20,538 nucleotides of DNA from Candidatus Zixiibacteriota bacterium (GTDB lineage: Bacteria > Zixibacteria > MSB-5A5 > UBA10806 > 4484-95): positions 1 to 20,538 of the forward strand of contig JAOZPT010000046.1 in the NCBI GenBank assembly GCA_029932605.1, given 5' to 3'. Position 1 is the stretch's first letter. Each line of letters opens with the position of its first letter. Of this stretch, positions 1 through 8,909 are shown in pieces. A program made the position numbers and the translations under genes. The notes beneath the pieces were generated by a model. That model had not been told where the DNA came from, did no database searches, and saw only the letters and a program-made list of their open reading frames with translations.

Positions 1-1081
1 CCCAGCTGGCACCAGAACCGCCCAGCTCTATCTGGCCGGTTTTACGGATACGACTTCTAATCTCCGGAGCTGATTCCACGCGGTCGTCAAGCACTATTGC
101 CAGCGGTTTACCTACGTTAGCGCCGGTTAAGGCTGCAAATCGCTTTGCCCCCTCATTGTCGAGCTCAAACCTTACAATGGGGCGACGAAACTGGTCAAAA
201 GACGGCTGGGCATCTATCAAATGTTCACCAGATAATTCCACTCGTTTTTTGAGGAAATACAAGCTCTGGTAGGCCCTATCACCTCGATATAAATCCCTGG
301 TAGCCCAGGCAATCTGCACATCTGATGGAATCAACTTCTGCACTTCAGAAGATTCCAAATATTTCTTTGCCTGATAAAAATCTCTCTTTGGTATGTAAAA
401 CCTTACACCATCTGTTTCATCAATTAAGGAAGTAAAGGGATGCTCAGCAAAAAAATCAGTTTCCTCCTCAGTGATCGACTCCTCTTTCGGTGCCTCACTC
501 TCAAACAAATCAACAATCGACCCCAAAGATGTATCCTCGACAGCTTCGATAATGGTTGTATCACCCTCCTGTGGTTCCTCCGGAGAAACTTTCTTATTTT
601 GTTCCGCCAGAACAGAATCAATCTGTGCCAAAAGGGCTTGAGTTTCATCAGGAGTAAGCAACAGTTTAAATTGAAGTTGAGCAGTTTCCCCAATAAGTTT
701 TTTCGCCTGTTCGATATCGGTGAACCCAGGAAGGTCAACTACTATACGATTAGTTCCAGATTTCTGAATTAGTGGCTCAGCCACGCCGATTTTGTCAACT
801 CTGTTCCTGATAATCTCCAGTGCCCGATCTTGAACATCGGAGATCTTTCCTTCCAAAGGCTTTTGCACCTCAAGCACAATATGCATTCCGCCCTTAAGGT
901 CAAGTCCCAACCTTAAAGCTCTGTTTTTAAGCGAATGAAATCTAGTTGGATTTTCAGATCTTAAGGTTTGCTTCTCCTCATAACTCATGGAATGGAAAAC
1001 AAATGTAGGATAAAGACCATACAAGGATAGTAAAATAAGAAAAGCTACCACAACCAGACTTATTTTCTGCGATTGTCTCAT
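1..1081 (-). CDS. secD: Protein translocase subunit SecD, 5' part (3' end beyond window start)
   Basis: Translated by hand. ATG at 1081-1079 with GGAG upstream. MRQSQKISLVVVAFLILLSLYGLYPTF (TM1), LRLGLDLKGGMHIVLEV, IIRNRVDKIGVAEPLIQKSGTNRIVVDLPG and GAKRFAALTGANVGKPLAIVLDDRVESAPEI are hallmark SecD motifs. The frame stays open to the window edge. Confidence 0.97.
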   Translation of the reverse strand, partial: MRQSQKISLVVVAFLILLSLYGLYPTFVFHSMSYEEKQTLRSENPTRFHSLKNRALRLGLDLKGGMHIVLEVQKPLEGKISDVQDRALEIIRNRVDKIGVAEPLIQKSGTNRIVVDLPGFTDIEQAKKLIGETAQLQFKLLLTPDETQALLAQIDSVLAEQNKKVSPEEPQEGDTTIIEAVEDTSLGSIVDLFESEAPKEESITEEETDFFAEHPFTSLIDETDGVRFYIPKRDFYQAKKYLESSEVQKLIPSDVQIAWATRDLYRGDRAYQSLYFLKKRVELSGEHLIDAQPSFDQFRRPIVRFELDNEGAKRFAALTGANVGKPLAIVLDDRVESAPEIRSRIRKTGQIELGGSGASW

Positions 1082-1172
1082 TAGTCAACTCCGGATCGAT
1101 CAAAAACTTTCATCAAATTCAACTTATCGTCAGCAAATGATTACTGACAGTAAAAAACAATAACAAACTTAA

Positions 1173-1200
1173 ATTATAATTCTTATTTATTTAAAGTCAA
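1173..1200 (-). promoter_or_regulatory. sigma70-type promoter of secD
   Basis: Minus strand TTGACT (1200-1195), 16 nt, TATAAT (1178-1173), with A/T-rich sequence upstream, about 90 bp before the secD ATG. Confidence 0.75.
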
Positions 1201-1414
1201 TAAAATAAATCCAAAGAGTTCCCAAAAAATATTTAATACATCAGCAATTTGGCTCTCAAGGTCAAAATGCCGCGTCTCTTTCTACACGTAAAAAGATGGT
1301 ACGCAAGCTCCGAACAGGTAAATATGTATAAGAACAAAACATCATTCTGTCCAATACGGATAATTTTGTTTATTCCTTGGGACACAGGACAAAACGGTAT
1401 CCTATTCTAAAATC

Positions 1415-1954
1415 TTATAACCCCAGCTCATCTTTTGTGAAAATAAACTCGTATTTGTACCCCCATTTCTTGAAATTCTCTATTGCTCCCTGCTGGCGGT
1501 CTACCAATGTTATAACCTTGACGATCTCACATTTCAAAGGCTTTAATACCTCAATAACTTTATATGTTGAGCCGCCAGTAGTGGTGACATCCTCAATAAC
1601 AACAACACGGGAACCTTCTTTGAGAGGTCCCTCAATCTGACTTCTAGTTCCATGTCCTTTGGGCTGTTTGCGGACTAAAAAACCATCAAGTTTAATATTC
1701 CTCTTATTTGCAAGAGTTAAAATTGCCCCTACAATCGGGTCAGCACCAATTGTCATTCCGCCAACTGCCTCGATATTTTCGCCCTCAAGCTTATCTAAGA
1801 AAAACTCCCCTATAAGGGCCAAACCCTCCGAATCCAGGGAAAGAAGCTTGCCGTTTATGTAATAGTCGGATTTCTGACCGGAGGCTAATATAAACTCACC
1901 TTTTTTGACCGCTTTTTCCAAAATCAGTTCTTTTAGCTTTTCTCTTTTTTCCAT
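1415..1954 (-). CDS. pyrE: Orotate phosphoribosyltransferase
   Basis: GEFILASGQKSDYYIN, VRKQPKGHG and the PRPP-binding loop VVVIEDVTTTGGS, plus LVDRQQG; 179 aa. Confidence 0.96.
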   Translation of the reverse strand: MEKREKLKELILEKAVKKGEFILASGQKSDYYINGKLLSLDSEGLALIGEFFLDKLEGENIEAVGGMTIGADPIVGAILTLANKRNIKLDGFLVRKQPKGHGTRSQIEGPLKEGSRVVVIEDVTTTGGSTYKVIEVLKPLKCEIVKVITLVDRQQGAIENFKKWGYKYEFIFTKDELGL

Positions 1955-2014
1955 AACTTTACCACTACATTTGAAAAAACGCTGTTTTCCCTTTAATAGT
2001 GTCGTTTGTTATGT

Positions 2015-2042
2015 CATATAATCAATTCAGCAACAGGGTCAA
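2015..2042 (-). promoter_or_regulatory. Possible sigma70-type promoter of pyrE
   Basis: Minus strand TTGACC (2042-2037), 16 nt, TATATG (2020-2015). The -10 lacks the conserved final T. Confidence 0.35.
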
Positions 2043-2472
2043 GATTTTTCTGCGTAAATTTGAAAAAATGAAACCTACTCCGGTAAAATAACCCAATCAA
2101 TAAAATCAACTTCGCATTAATTATGTTTTTTGGAAAAGATATCGATTAGTCTTTATCGACAACATATAGATTTTTTAAACCTGCCTCTTATTGAAATTTT
2201 ATAAGAAATAGAAAGAAAGGTTTTTTAAGTCAAGTATTCTGTTCGGTCAGGTTGAAATTATTGACAACAATAATCAAGGTCGAGCTGGAGGAATGGATAT
2301 TGAAGTTACTCGACAATGTACGCTGAGGACTTTTTTAAACACTTAAGAACATTCCCGAATCGTTGTCCAGGTTAGGTGAATGCACGTATTATCTTGGCGA
2401 AAAAACATGGTTTGCAACAATCAGCCAAATTACAACAGAATTTGATTAAGTTGCATTAATCATCTTTTTTAC

Positions 2473-2500
2473 TTGACCATAGGGATTAATAAAATATATT
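2473..2500 (+). promoter_or_regulatory. sigma70-type promoter of the rpmH-rnpA-yidD-yidC operon
   Basis: TTGACC (2473-2478), 16 nt, TATATT (2495-2500). Purine-rich GGAGAAGGTAGGGA precedes ATG 2529. Confidence 0.65.
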
Positions 2501-2528
2501 AAAAAATTACTTTTGGAGAAGGTAGGGA

Positions 2529-2672
2529 ATGAAAAGAACGTTTCAACCATCTAATAGAAAAAGAGTCAACGACCACGGTTTTCGTAAGAGGATGTCCACT
2601 AAGGCTGGCCGTAATATCTTAAAAAGACGCCGTGCTAAAGGACGGAGAAAACTCACCGTCTCAGACGAATAG
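2529..2672 (+). CDS. rpmH: 50S ribosomal protein L34 (47 aa; not in ORF track)
   Basis: Hand translation [47 protein letters not shown], a canonical L34 sequence directly upstream of rnpA. Confidence 0.99.
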   Translation: MKRTFQPSNRKRVNDHGFRKRMSTKAGRNILKRRRAKGRRKLTVSDE

Positions 2673-3006
2673 CTTTCCCAGAACCAGCAGGCTTAAGGGA
2701 CGAAAGGCTATTCTTGATGTTATTCGGAAAGGTGATAAACTTTGTGGTGTAAATCTTGGTCTTTACTATGTTAAAGGAACCCCTACACGATTTGGAATTA
2801 GTGTTCAAAGAAGTTATGGTAACGCAGTAAGAAGAAACAGGATAAAAAGGATAATTCGGGAATTTTTAAGGCAAAATAAACATATTTGGCCGGAAAACCG
2901 GTCGGTTTTGGTCAGAGTCTATGGTAAATTCGAAGAATCCTGCAAATTGGATAAAGAGGCGCAAATTATCGAAGAACTGAATCAGCTTTTAAAACAGATA
3001 AAATGA
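2632..3006 (+). CDS. rnpA: Ribonuclease P protein component
   Basis: FPRTSRL, RFGISV and the RNR motif [15 protein letters not shown]; lies between rpmH and yidD. The GTG start is uncertain and overlaps rpmH. Confidence 0.95.
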   Translation: MLKDGENSPSQTNSFPRTSRLKGRKAILDVIRKGDKLCGVNLGLYYVKGTPTRFGISVQRSYGNAVRRNRIKRIIREFLRQNKHIWPENRSVLVRVYGKFEESCKLDKEAQIIEELNQLLKQIK

Positions 3007-3227
3007 GAAATATTCCATCAAATATAATTGCGGCTTTAGTGAGATTATATCAGATAGTTATAAGCCCTCTTTTTCCAAATAGTTGTCGTTATTATCCATC
3101 CTGTTCGGAATATGCAAGACAGGCTTTTTTGACTCATGGTGTTATAAAGGGATTAGCTATGAGTATATGGCGCATCCTCAGATGCAACCCCTGGAGCAAA
3201 GGCGGATACGACCCTGTTAGACGGTAA
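3003..3227 (+). CDS. yidD: Membrane protein insertion efficiency factor YidD
   Basis: [17 protein letters not shown] and [20 protein letters not shown] overlap with rnpA; synteny. Confidence 0.96.
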   Translation: MRNIPSNIIAALVRLYQIVISPLFPNSCRYYPSCSEYARQAFLTHGVIKGLAMSIWRILRCNPWSKGGYDPVRR

Positions 3228-3233
3228 GGTGTA

Positions 3234-4934
3234 ATGGATAAAAGATCTTTAATCGGTTTCCTGTTAATCTTGATTATATTAGTTCTCTGGCCATACTGGA
3301 ACAAGCTTTTCCTTCCGCAACAGGAGGAAACATCACCACAACAACAGGAAGAAACCACTGTAAGACCTGAAAAACACGATACTCTTTACCAGGAACCTGT
3401 CGGTGCATATCAGAAACATATTAAACCGCAGGTAGAGATAAGTCATCCTGTCGGGAAGCCAGATATCCCGGAAAAGCTTATAAATGTCGAAACCGAGGAT
3501 TTCATTGCCGTCTTTTCATCATATGGTGGCCTTCTAAAGTCCATTCAGCTAAAAAAATATTTCATCGAGAACGGGCCTGCTGGCGACTCGCTTGTTCATC
3601 TTATCGGCCCTCCCCAAAGTAGCCCCTGGCAAGCTATGGGTGCCCTGACATTAAGCGTTGAGGATAGCCTTCATTATATCAACTACCTTCCATTTACGGT
3701 TGATGGTGGTGATATTTATCTTACAGATGGTGATGAGCCAAAATCGCTGTCATTTATATATGATAACCCTGATGGTGCATCTATAATAAAAGAATACACA
3801 TTCATGCCAACAGGTTACGATTTTAAGTTCAGTTTAACAATAAACGATCCTCCAGCTTTTGGTTTTGTCGATAAACTCACCATCGGCTGGCTTATGCCAT
3901 CAATTCCAACTGAAAAGAACCTCAAGGATGACCTTGACAAATTCGCCGCCTTTTCCAACATGGCCGGTGAGGTTGAAGAGTTTAAAAAACTTGAAAAAGG
4001 AAAACTTCATCGATCCCTAACAGGCAATAATCTCTGGGTAGCGGTCAGGTCGAAATATTTCACCAACATTATTATATCAGACGATAAACAGGGCGATGAG
4101 ATTTTAATTGTTGGTAACGAGAGCAGTATCACCGACATCAATAGTAAGCAACACAAGTGGAAAAAATTTGGTGTAGGGATGACATTCAAACTTGATGACA
4201 ATTCCTATTCTAATAATTTCACAATTTATACAGGCCCGCTCGACTATCAGATTTTGCAGAAAATGGGCCATAACCTCGGCAAGCTGGTTGATATGGGCTG
4301 GTCGGTGTTTCGACCATTTGCCATCGCCATCTTATGGATTTTTATCCAGTTTCATAAGTTTCTGTTAAACTATGGCCTGGTTATCATTATATTTTCGATA
4401 TTGATGAAGGTTGTATTCTGGCCATTGACACGTAAGAGCGCAACATCCATGCATAAAATGAAAGAGCTACAACCGAAGATCCAGGAAATCAAGGCTAAAT
4501 ATAAAGACGACCCCCAGAGACTGAATACTGAAACCATGAGACTCTACAAAGAGTATGGCGTAAACCCATTTGGCTCATGTCTACCGCTTTTCATTCAGAT
4601 GCCGATTTTTATATCGATGTGGGCGGTTTTAAGAAATTCAATCGAGCTGAGAGCGGCTGAATTCGTTTTCTGGATAACTGACCTTTCCCAGAAGGACCAG
4701 TATTATGTTTTGCCGATAGTCATGGGCATCTCCATGTTCTTCCAGCAAAAGATGACAATTACCGATCCTAAACAGAAGATGATGATTTATCTAATGCCAG
4801 TATTTTTCACAATATTCTTCGCTGGTTTGCCTTCCGGTCTTATATTGTACTGGACAGTGTTTAATGTCGCAGGTATATTTGAACAGCTTAGAATAAAACG
4901 CAAAATGGAGGCTGAGAAAAAAGCAAACGCTTAA
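3234..4934 (+). CDS. yidC: Membrane protein insertase YidC (diderm type with large periplasmic domain)
   Basis: MDKRSLIGFLLI anchor, NYGLVIIIFSILMKVVFWPL, GVNPFGSCLPLFIQMPIF, WITDLSQKD and LPSGLILYW. Confidence 0.97.
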   Translation: MDKRSLIGFLLILIILVLWPYWNKLFLPQQEETSPQQQEETTVRPEKHDTLYQEPVGAYQKHIKPQVEISHPVGKPDIPEKLINVETEDFIAVFSSYGGLLKSIQLKKYFIENGPAGDSLVHLIGPPQSSPWQAMGALTLSVEDSLHYINYLPFTVDGGDIYLTDGDEPKSLSFIYDNPDGASIIKEYTFMPTGYDFKFSLTINDPPAFGFVDKLTIGWLMPSIPTEKNLKDDLDKFAAFSNMAGEVEEFKKLEKGKLHRSLTGNNLWVAVRSKYFTNIIISDDKQGDEILIVGNESSITDINSKQHKWKKFGVGMTFKLDDNSYSNNFTIYTGPLDYQILQKMGHNLGKLVDMGWSVFRPFAIAILWIFIQFHKFLLNYGLVIIIFSILMKVVFWPLTRKSATSMHKMKELQPKIQEIKAKYKDDPQRLNTETMRLYKEYGVNPFGSCLPLFIQMPIFISMWAVLRNSIELRAAEFVFWITDLSQKDQYYVLPIVMGISMFFQQKMTITDPKQKMMIYLMPVFFTIFFAGLPSGLILYWTVFNVAGIFEQLRIKRKMEAEKKANA

Positions 4935-4956
4935 AGGAAGTGGTGTAAAGATGTTT

Positions 4957-5013
4957 AGCCCGATCCTTTGTCGCTGGCATTAAGATGCCTTCAGCAGATA
5001 AACGGGCTTTTTT
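4957..5013 (+). terminator. Long interrupted hairpin plus U-tract between yidC and mnmE (terminator- or attenuator-like)
   Basis: AGCCCG/CGGGCT outer stem, inner helices TTTGTC/GATAAA, GCTG/CAGC and GCAT/ATGC around a TAAG loop, followed by TTTTT. Confidence 0.55.
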
Positions 5014-5016
5014 ATT

Positions 5017-6378
5017 ATGTATAATCCTGATGATACAATATGCGCAATCTCCACACCTGCCGGTGTAGGAGCACTGGCGATAGTCCGCTTGTCCGGGCGT
5101 AACTCGAAAAACATAAGTGAAAAGTCATTCAAGGGGGGTAAGCTTGAGGACAAAAAGGCTACCTTTGGTAATATTATCGATAGCAACGGAATCATCATAG
5201 ATGATGTCGTTATGATATGGTATAAAGCTCCGGGAAGCTATACCGCCGAGGATATGGTTGAGGTTATCTGTCATGGTGGTTACACCGTTTCACAGCAGAT
5301 ATTGGAGTTATTTTGCAATGCAGGAGCGCGTTTGGCTCAACCTGGTGAATTTACATTACGTGCTTTTCTTAATGGAAAGCTTGATTTGACAGAGGCTGAG
5401 GCTGTTAACTCCATCATCAATGCCAAGACCTTAATGTCAAAACAATTGGCAACTTTCAACCTTGAGGGAAAACTTAAGAATAAACTGGATATGATTAATT
5501 CAAAATTGTTTGAGTTAATTTCTGTATTAGAAGCTGAAATAGATTTCAGCGATGAGGAGATCGATAAACTAAACTATAATGAGATCCAGGACAATCTGAG
5601 TGATATCCAAGCTCGTATAGAGGAATTACTCTCCACTTATGATATCGGCCGGATTGCTGAGGGCAGAGCTCAAATAGCTATAGTAGGGGCGCCTAATGTG
5701 GGTAAGTCTAGTTTATTTAATGCATTACTTAGGTCAGAAAGGGCTATCGTTACAGGTATTCCAGGGACTACCAGGGATTATCTCACAGAGTATGTCAATA
5801 TCGGTGGTTATCCTGTCATAATGACAGATACTGCAGGTATCAGGCAATCAGAACAGGAAATTGAAATAATTGGCATCAACAAGTCAAGGGAACTTATATC
5901 CAATGTTGATCTTTGTATTTTTATCCTTGATGCCTCAAGGCCAGTAAACGATGAAGATAGAGAAATTGCTGAATATTTGAATAAATATGCGCATATTCTT
6001 GTCGTTAATAAGGCTGACCTGATGGATAAGAGAGGTTATAAGCTCAATGATAATTTCTCAGATCGCAATCCCCTGTACATTTCAGCACTTCGTAGAACGG
6101 GTTTGGATATACTTGTTAAAGAAATACAAAAAAGACTAACTATCGATTTAAGCGAACCGGTTGAAGGGGCGTTACTTTCACAAAGACAATATGATTGTGT
6201 ACAAAGGACTCAAAAATCTGTTGGAAATGCTATAACAGCATTAGCTCAGAACGAATCTGAGGAGGTAATTATATCTATATTAAGGGAGGCTTTGGACCAC
6301 GTCGGTGAATTATCCGGTAGAATCACAAGTGAGGAGATTTTAAATAACATATTTAGCAAGTTTTGTATCGGAAAATAA
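5017..6378 (+). CDS. mnmE: tRNA modification GTPase MnmE (TrmE)
   Basis: DTICAISTPAG, SYTAEDMVEVICHGG, GEFTLRAFLNGKLDL, G1 GAPNVGKSS, GTTRD, DTAG, NKAD and C-terminal FSKFCIGK. Confidence 0.98.
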   Translation: MYNPDDTICAISTPAGVGALAIVRLSGRNSKNISEKSFKGGKLEDKKATFGNIIDSNGIIIDDVVMIWYKAPGSYTAEDMVEVICHGGYTVSQQILELFCNAGARLAQPGEFTLRAFLNGKLDLTEAEAVNSIINAKTLMSKQLATFNLEGKLKNKLDMINSKLFELISVLEAEIDFSDEEIDKLNYNEIQDNLSDIQARIEELLSTYDIGRIAEGRAQIAIVGAPNVGKSSLFNALLRSERAIVTGIPGTTRDYLTEYVNIGGYPVIMTDTAGIRQSEQEIEIIGINKSRELISNVDLCIFILDASRPVNDEDREIAEYLNKYAHILVVNKADLMDKRGYKLNDNFSDRNPLYISALRRTGLDILVKEIQKRLTIDLSEPVEGALLSQRQYDCVQRTQKSVGNAITALAQNESEEVIISILREALDHVGELSGRITSEEILNNIFSKFCIGK

Positions 6379-6480
6379 CGTAATCTCAATGTGTTATTAA
6401 GATTATAGCGAAGGACATCATAGAATAAGGAGATTGTCGAGAGGTTTAAAGTTTTAGATGAACTGGAACGACCAGTTCGT

Positions 6481-6522
6481 TTGAACACAAAGATTTCAAC
6501 TGATATTAACATATTTTCCACA
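6481..6522 (+). promoter_or_regulatory. DnaA box (TTTTCCACA, 6514-6522) with upstream degenerate phased copies
   Basis: One exact match to TTWTNCACA overlapping the mnmG ATG. Weaker matches: TTGAACACA 6481, ATTTCAACT 6493, ATATTAACA 6503. Confidence 0.4.
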
Positions 6523-8333
6523 TGGATTTTGACCTTATTATAGTAGGTGGCGGTCATGCTGGATGTGAGGCTGCCCTGGTAGGTTCAAGGTTAGGTTTTA
6601 ATACCGCTCTTATAACCCTTGATAAGAACCGTATCTCTCAAATGAGCTGTAATCCGGCGGTTGGTGGGCTGGCAAAAGGGCAATTGGTAAGGGAAATTGA
6701 CGCTCTTGGTGGAGAGATAGGTTACTGTACTGATATGACAGGTATCCAGTTTAGAGTTTTAAACAAAAGCAAAGGAGCGGCTGTGCGTTCCCACCGTGCC
6801 CAGGTTGATCGTAAACGATTTCGGCAATTCATGACAGAGACCGTTAACCTCCAACCAAAGCTGACTATAATCGAGGGTGAGGTGTGTAAGTTGCTTATCC
6901 AAGATAAAATATGTTATGGTGTTGGGCTTGTTTCACGTGAAACGATTAATGCTAAAAAAGTAATACTAACCTCAGGAACATTTCTAAATGGGCTGATTCA
7001 TATCGGTGAGAAAAAGATTCCCTCGGGTCGGATGGGCGAGAAACCATCTACTGCTCTTTCAAGCTTTTTAGCCGATATGGGATTTGAGATTGGCAGGTTA
7101 AAAACAGGCACACCTCCTCGTCTTAATGGCAATACTATCGATTTTTCAATGTTTGTGGTTCAGGAAGGGGACCAACCACCGCCATACTTCTCGAATCGGT
7201 CAAATCGCGGTAACTTTAATCAGATACCATGCTATTTGCTTTATACAAACCCCTCCACTCATGAAATAATTCTAAATAATCTACAAAAATCTGCCTTATA
7301 TAGTGGTCGTATCAATGGTATCGGTCCCCGTTACTGCCCATCGATTGAAGACAAGGTCGTTCGTTTCAAGGATAAAAAACGTCACCAGCTGTTCCTTGAG
7401 CCAGAGGGTTCGGATACTTCTGAGTATTATATTAACGGTTTTTCGTCGTCGTTACCCGAGGATATACAGTTGAAAGCTATTCGTGAAGTCGAGGGATTTA
7501 CCAATGTCGAATTTACACAGCCAGGATATGCCATAGAGTATGATTATCTCCCACCTCATCAACTTAAACCAACATTGGAAACAAAGAGAATTGTAGGACT
7601 TTATCTTGCTGGCCAGGTGAACGGGACCTCTGGTTATGAGGAAGCTGCCGCTCAGGGTTTAATGGCAGGGATAAATGCGGTACAGAAACTCCGAGGTGAG
7701 AAACCTGTAGTTTTCGATAGGTCACAGGCATATATTGGTGTTTTAATAGATGACCTTGTAACAAAATCCACTGACGAGCCATATCGGATGTTCACCTCAA
7801 GGGCGGAATACCGTCTTTATCTACGTGAGGACAATGCGGAGGATAGATTAAGCCAGATAGGTCATCAAATCGGGTTGGTCACCGATGAAACTTGGGATAA
7901 TTTTCAAAAAGAGAAAAAGTTGCGTCAAGGACTATTAAGGGAATTTCAGAAAATGAAAATAAAGATACCGGGTATTGAAAAATCGATCACTGTATCCGAA
8001 ACAGCTCGTCGCCCTGATATAGATTTTTATGAAATATATAAGAACCTTCCCTCTGAAGTAGCGGTTGATTTTCCGGTTTTCGAAAAGGTTGCCATCGAAA
8101 TAAAATACGAAGGCTATCTGAAGCGTCAAGAACAACAACTTCAACGGTTCAAAAAAATGGAATCAATGCATATACCTGAGAATTTCGATTATACCGAAAT
8201 AAGGGGTTTGAAAAAGGAGGCGATTGAAAAATTGAATCGGTTCAAACCGAACTCGTTGGGACAGGCATCGAGAATATCCGGTGTTTCGCCCGGTGATATA
8301 GCTGTGTTGATGGTCCATCTAAGAAGCAGGTAG
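6522..8333 (+). CDS. mnmG: tRNA uridine-5-carboxymethylaminomethyl synthesis enzyme MnmG (GidA)
   Basis: [62 protein letters not shown] and [14 protein letters not shown]. Confidence 0.99.
   Translation: MDFDLIIVGGGHAGCEAALVGSRLGFNTALITLDKNRISQMSCNPAVGGLAKGQLVREIDALGGEIGYCTDMTGIQFRVLNKSKGAAVRSHRAQVDRKRFRQFMTETVNLQPKLTIIEGEVCKLLIQDKICYGVGLVSRETINAKKVILTSGTFLNGLIHIGEKKIPSGRMGEKPSTALSSFLADMGFEIGRLKTGTPPRLNGNTIDFSMFVVQEGDQPPPYFSNRSNRGNFNQIPCYLLYTNPSTHEIILNNLQKSALYSGRINGIGPRYCPSIEDKVVRFKDKKRHQLFLEPEGSDTSEYYINGFSSSLPEDIQLKAIREVEGFTNVEFTQPGYAIEYDYLPPHQLKPTLETKRIVGLYLAGQVNGTSGYEEAAAQGLMAGINAVQKLRGEKPVVFDRSQAYIGVLIDDLVTKSTDEPYRMFTSRAEYRLYLREDNAEDRLSQIGHQIGLVTDETWDNFQKEKKLRQGLLREFQKMKIKIPGIEKSITVSETARRPDIDFYEIYKNLPSEVAVDFPVFEKVAIEIKYEGYLKRQEQQLQRFKKMESMHIPENFDYTEIRGLKKEAIEKLNRFKPNSLGQASRISGVSPGDIAVLMVHLRSR
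6929..6944. promoter_or_regulatory. parS site inside the mnmG coding sequence
   Basis: TGTTTCACGTGAAACG, a 15/16 match to the parS consensus TGTTTCACGTGAAACA; read as V-S-R-E-T in MnmG. Confidence 0.88.
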
Positions 8334-8347
8334 AGATTTTATATATT

Positions 8348-8884
8348 ATGGATAACAGAAAGATTATAAAAGAGTGGTTTTACGAAAACAAAATCCCTGT
8401 TACCGATGTCCAAATAGCCAGGTTTATAAATTATATTGAATTGGTAAAAGATGAATCGAAAAGAATGAATCTCATGTCAAAAAAAGACCTGCCTAATATC
8501 ATAGAACGTCACCTGCTTGATTCTCTTCATGCTTTGACGGTCTATCCGTTCCCGTCAGGTGCCTCGGTCGCTGACTTTGGGAGCGGAGCTGGATTTCCGG
8601 GCATACCGATTGCCATAGCATGTCCTGATGTTAATGTCACGTTAATTGAATCACGAAGGTTAAAGAGCTTGTTTTTGAAAAAGGTTATCGACCATCTGGA
8701 CCTAAAAAATGTAAAAGTGTTTCATAGTCGATTGGAAAACTTAACCGTGAAGTTCGATATTGTTTTAGCCAGGGCTATATATAAGCAGGAGCGTCTCCGG
8801 CAGATGGTCATGCCTAAATTGTCCCCATCCGGTGTCCTGTTATATTTTGCAAAATATAAATCAATTAAGATAATAGAAAAATAA
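8348..8884 (+). CDS. rsmG: 16S rRNA m7G527 methyltransferase RsmG (GidB), short C-terminus
   Basis: RHLLDSL, SAM motif DFGSGAGFPGIPIAI, VTLIES and FDIVLARA; lies between mnmG and parA. Confidence 0.93.
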   Translation: MDNRKIIKEWFYENKIPVTDVQIARFINYIELVKDESKRMNLMSKKDLPNIIERHLLDSLHALTVYPFPSGASVADFGSGAGFPGIPIAIACPDVNVTLIESRRLKSLFLKKVIDHLDLKNVKVFHSRLENLTVKFDIVLARAIYKQERLRQMVMPKLSPSGVLLYFAKYKSIKIIEK

Positions 8885-8909
8885 ATTGTTTCACGTGAAA
8901 CAATTTATT
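8880..8909. promoter_or_regulatory. parS site (core 8887-8902) within a perfect 30-bp palindrome
   Basis: AATAAATTGTTTCACGTGAAACAATTTATT; the core is a 16/16 consensus parS directly upstream of parAB. Confidence 0.97.

Noticed and set aside
424..772. Track ORFs 424-738 (-) and 440-772 (+)
   Set aside because: They are alternative-frame or antisense shadows of secD, which the track missed because it has no stop within the window.
2287..2346. Mini-ORF MDIEVTRQCTLRTFLNT after GGAGGA
   Set aside because: The SD-like sequence directly abuts the ATG with no spacing, and there is no other support.
2529..2672. Thermus-type complete overlap of rnpA across rpmH
   Set aside because: The rnpA frame has a TAA at 2620-2622.
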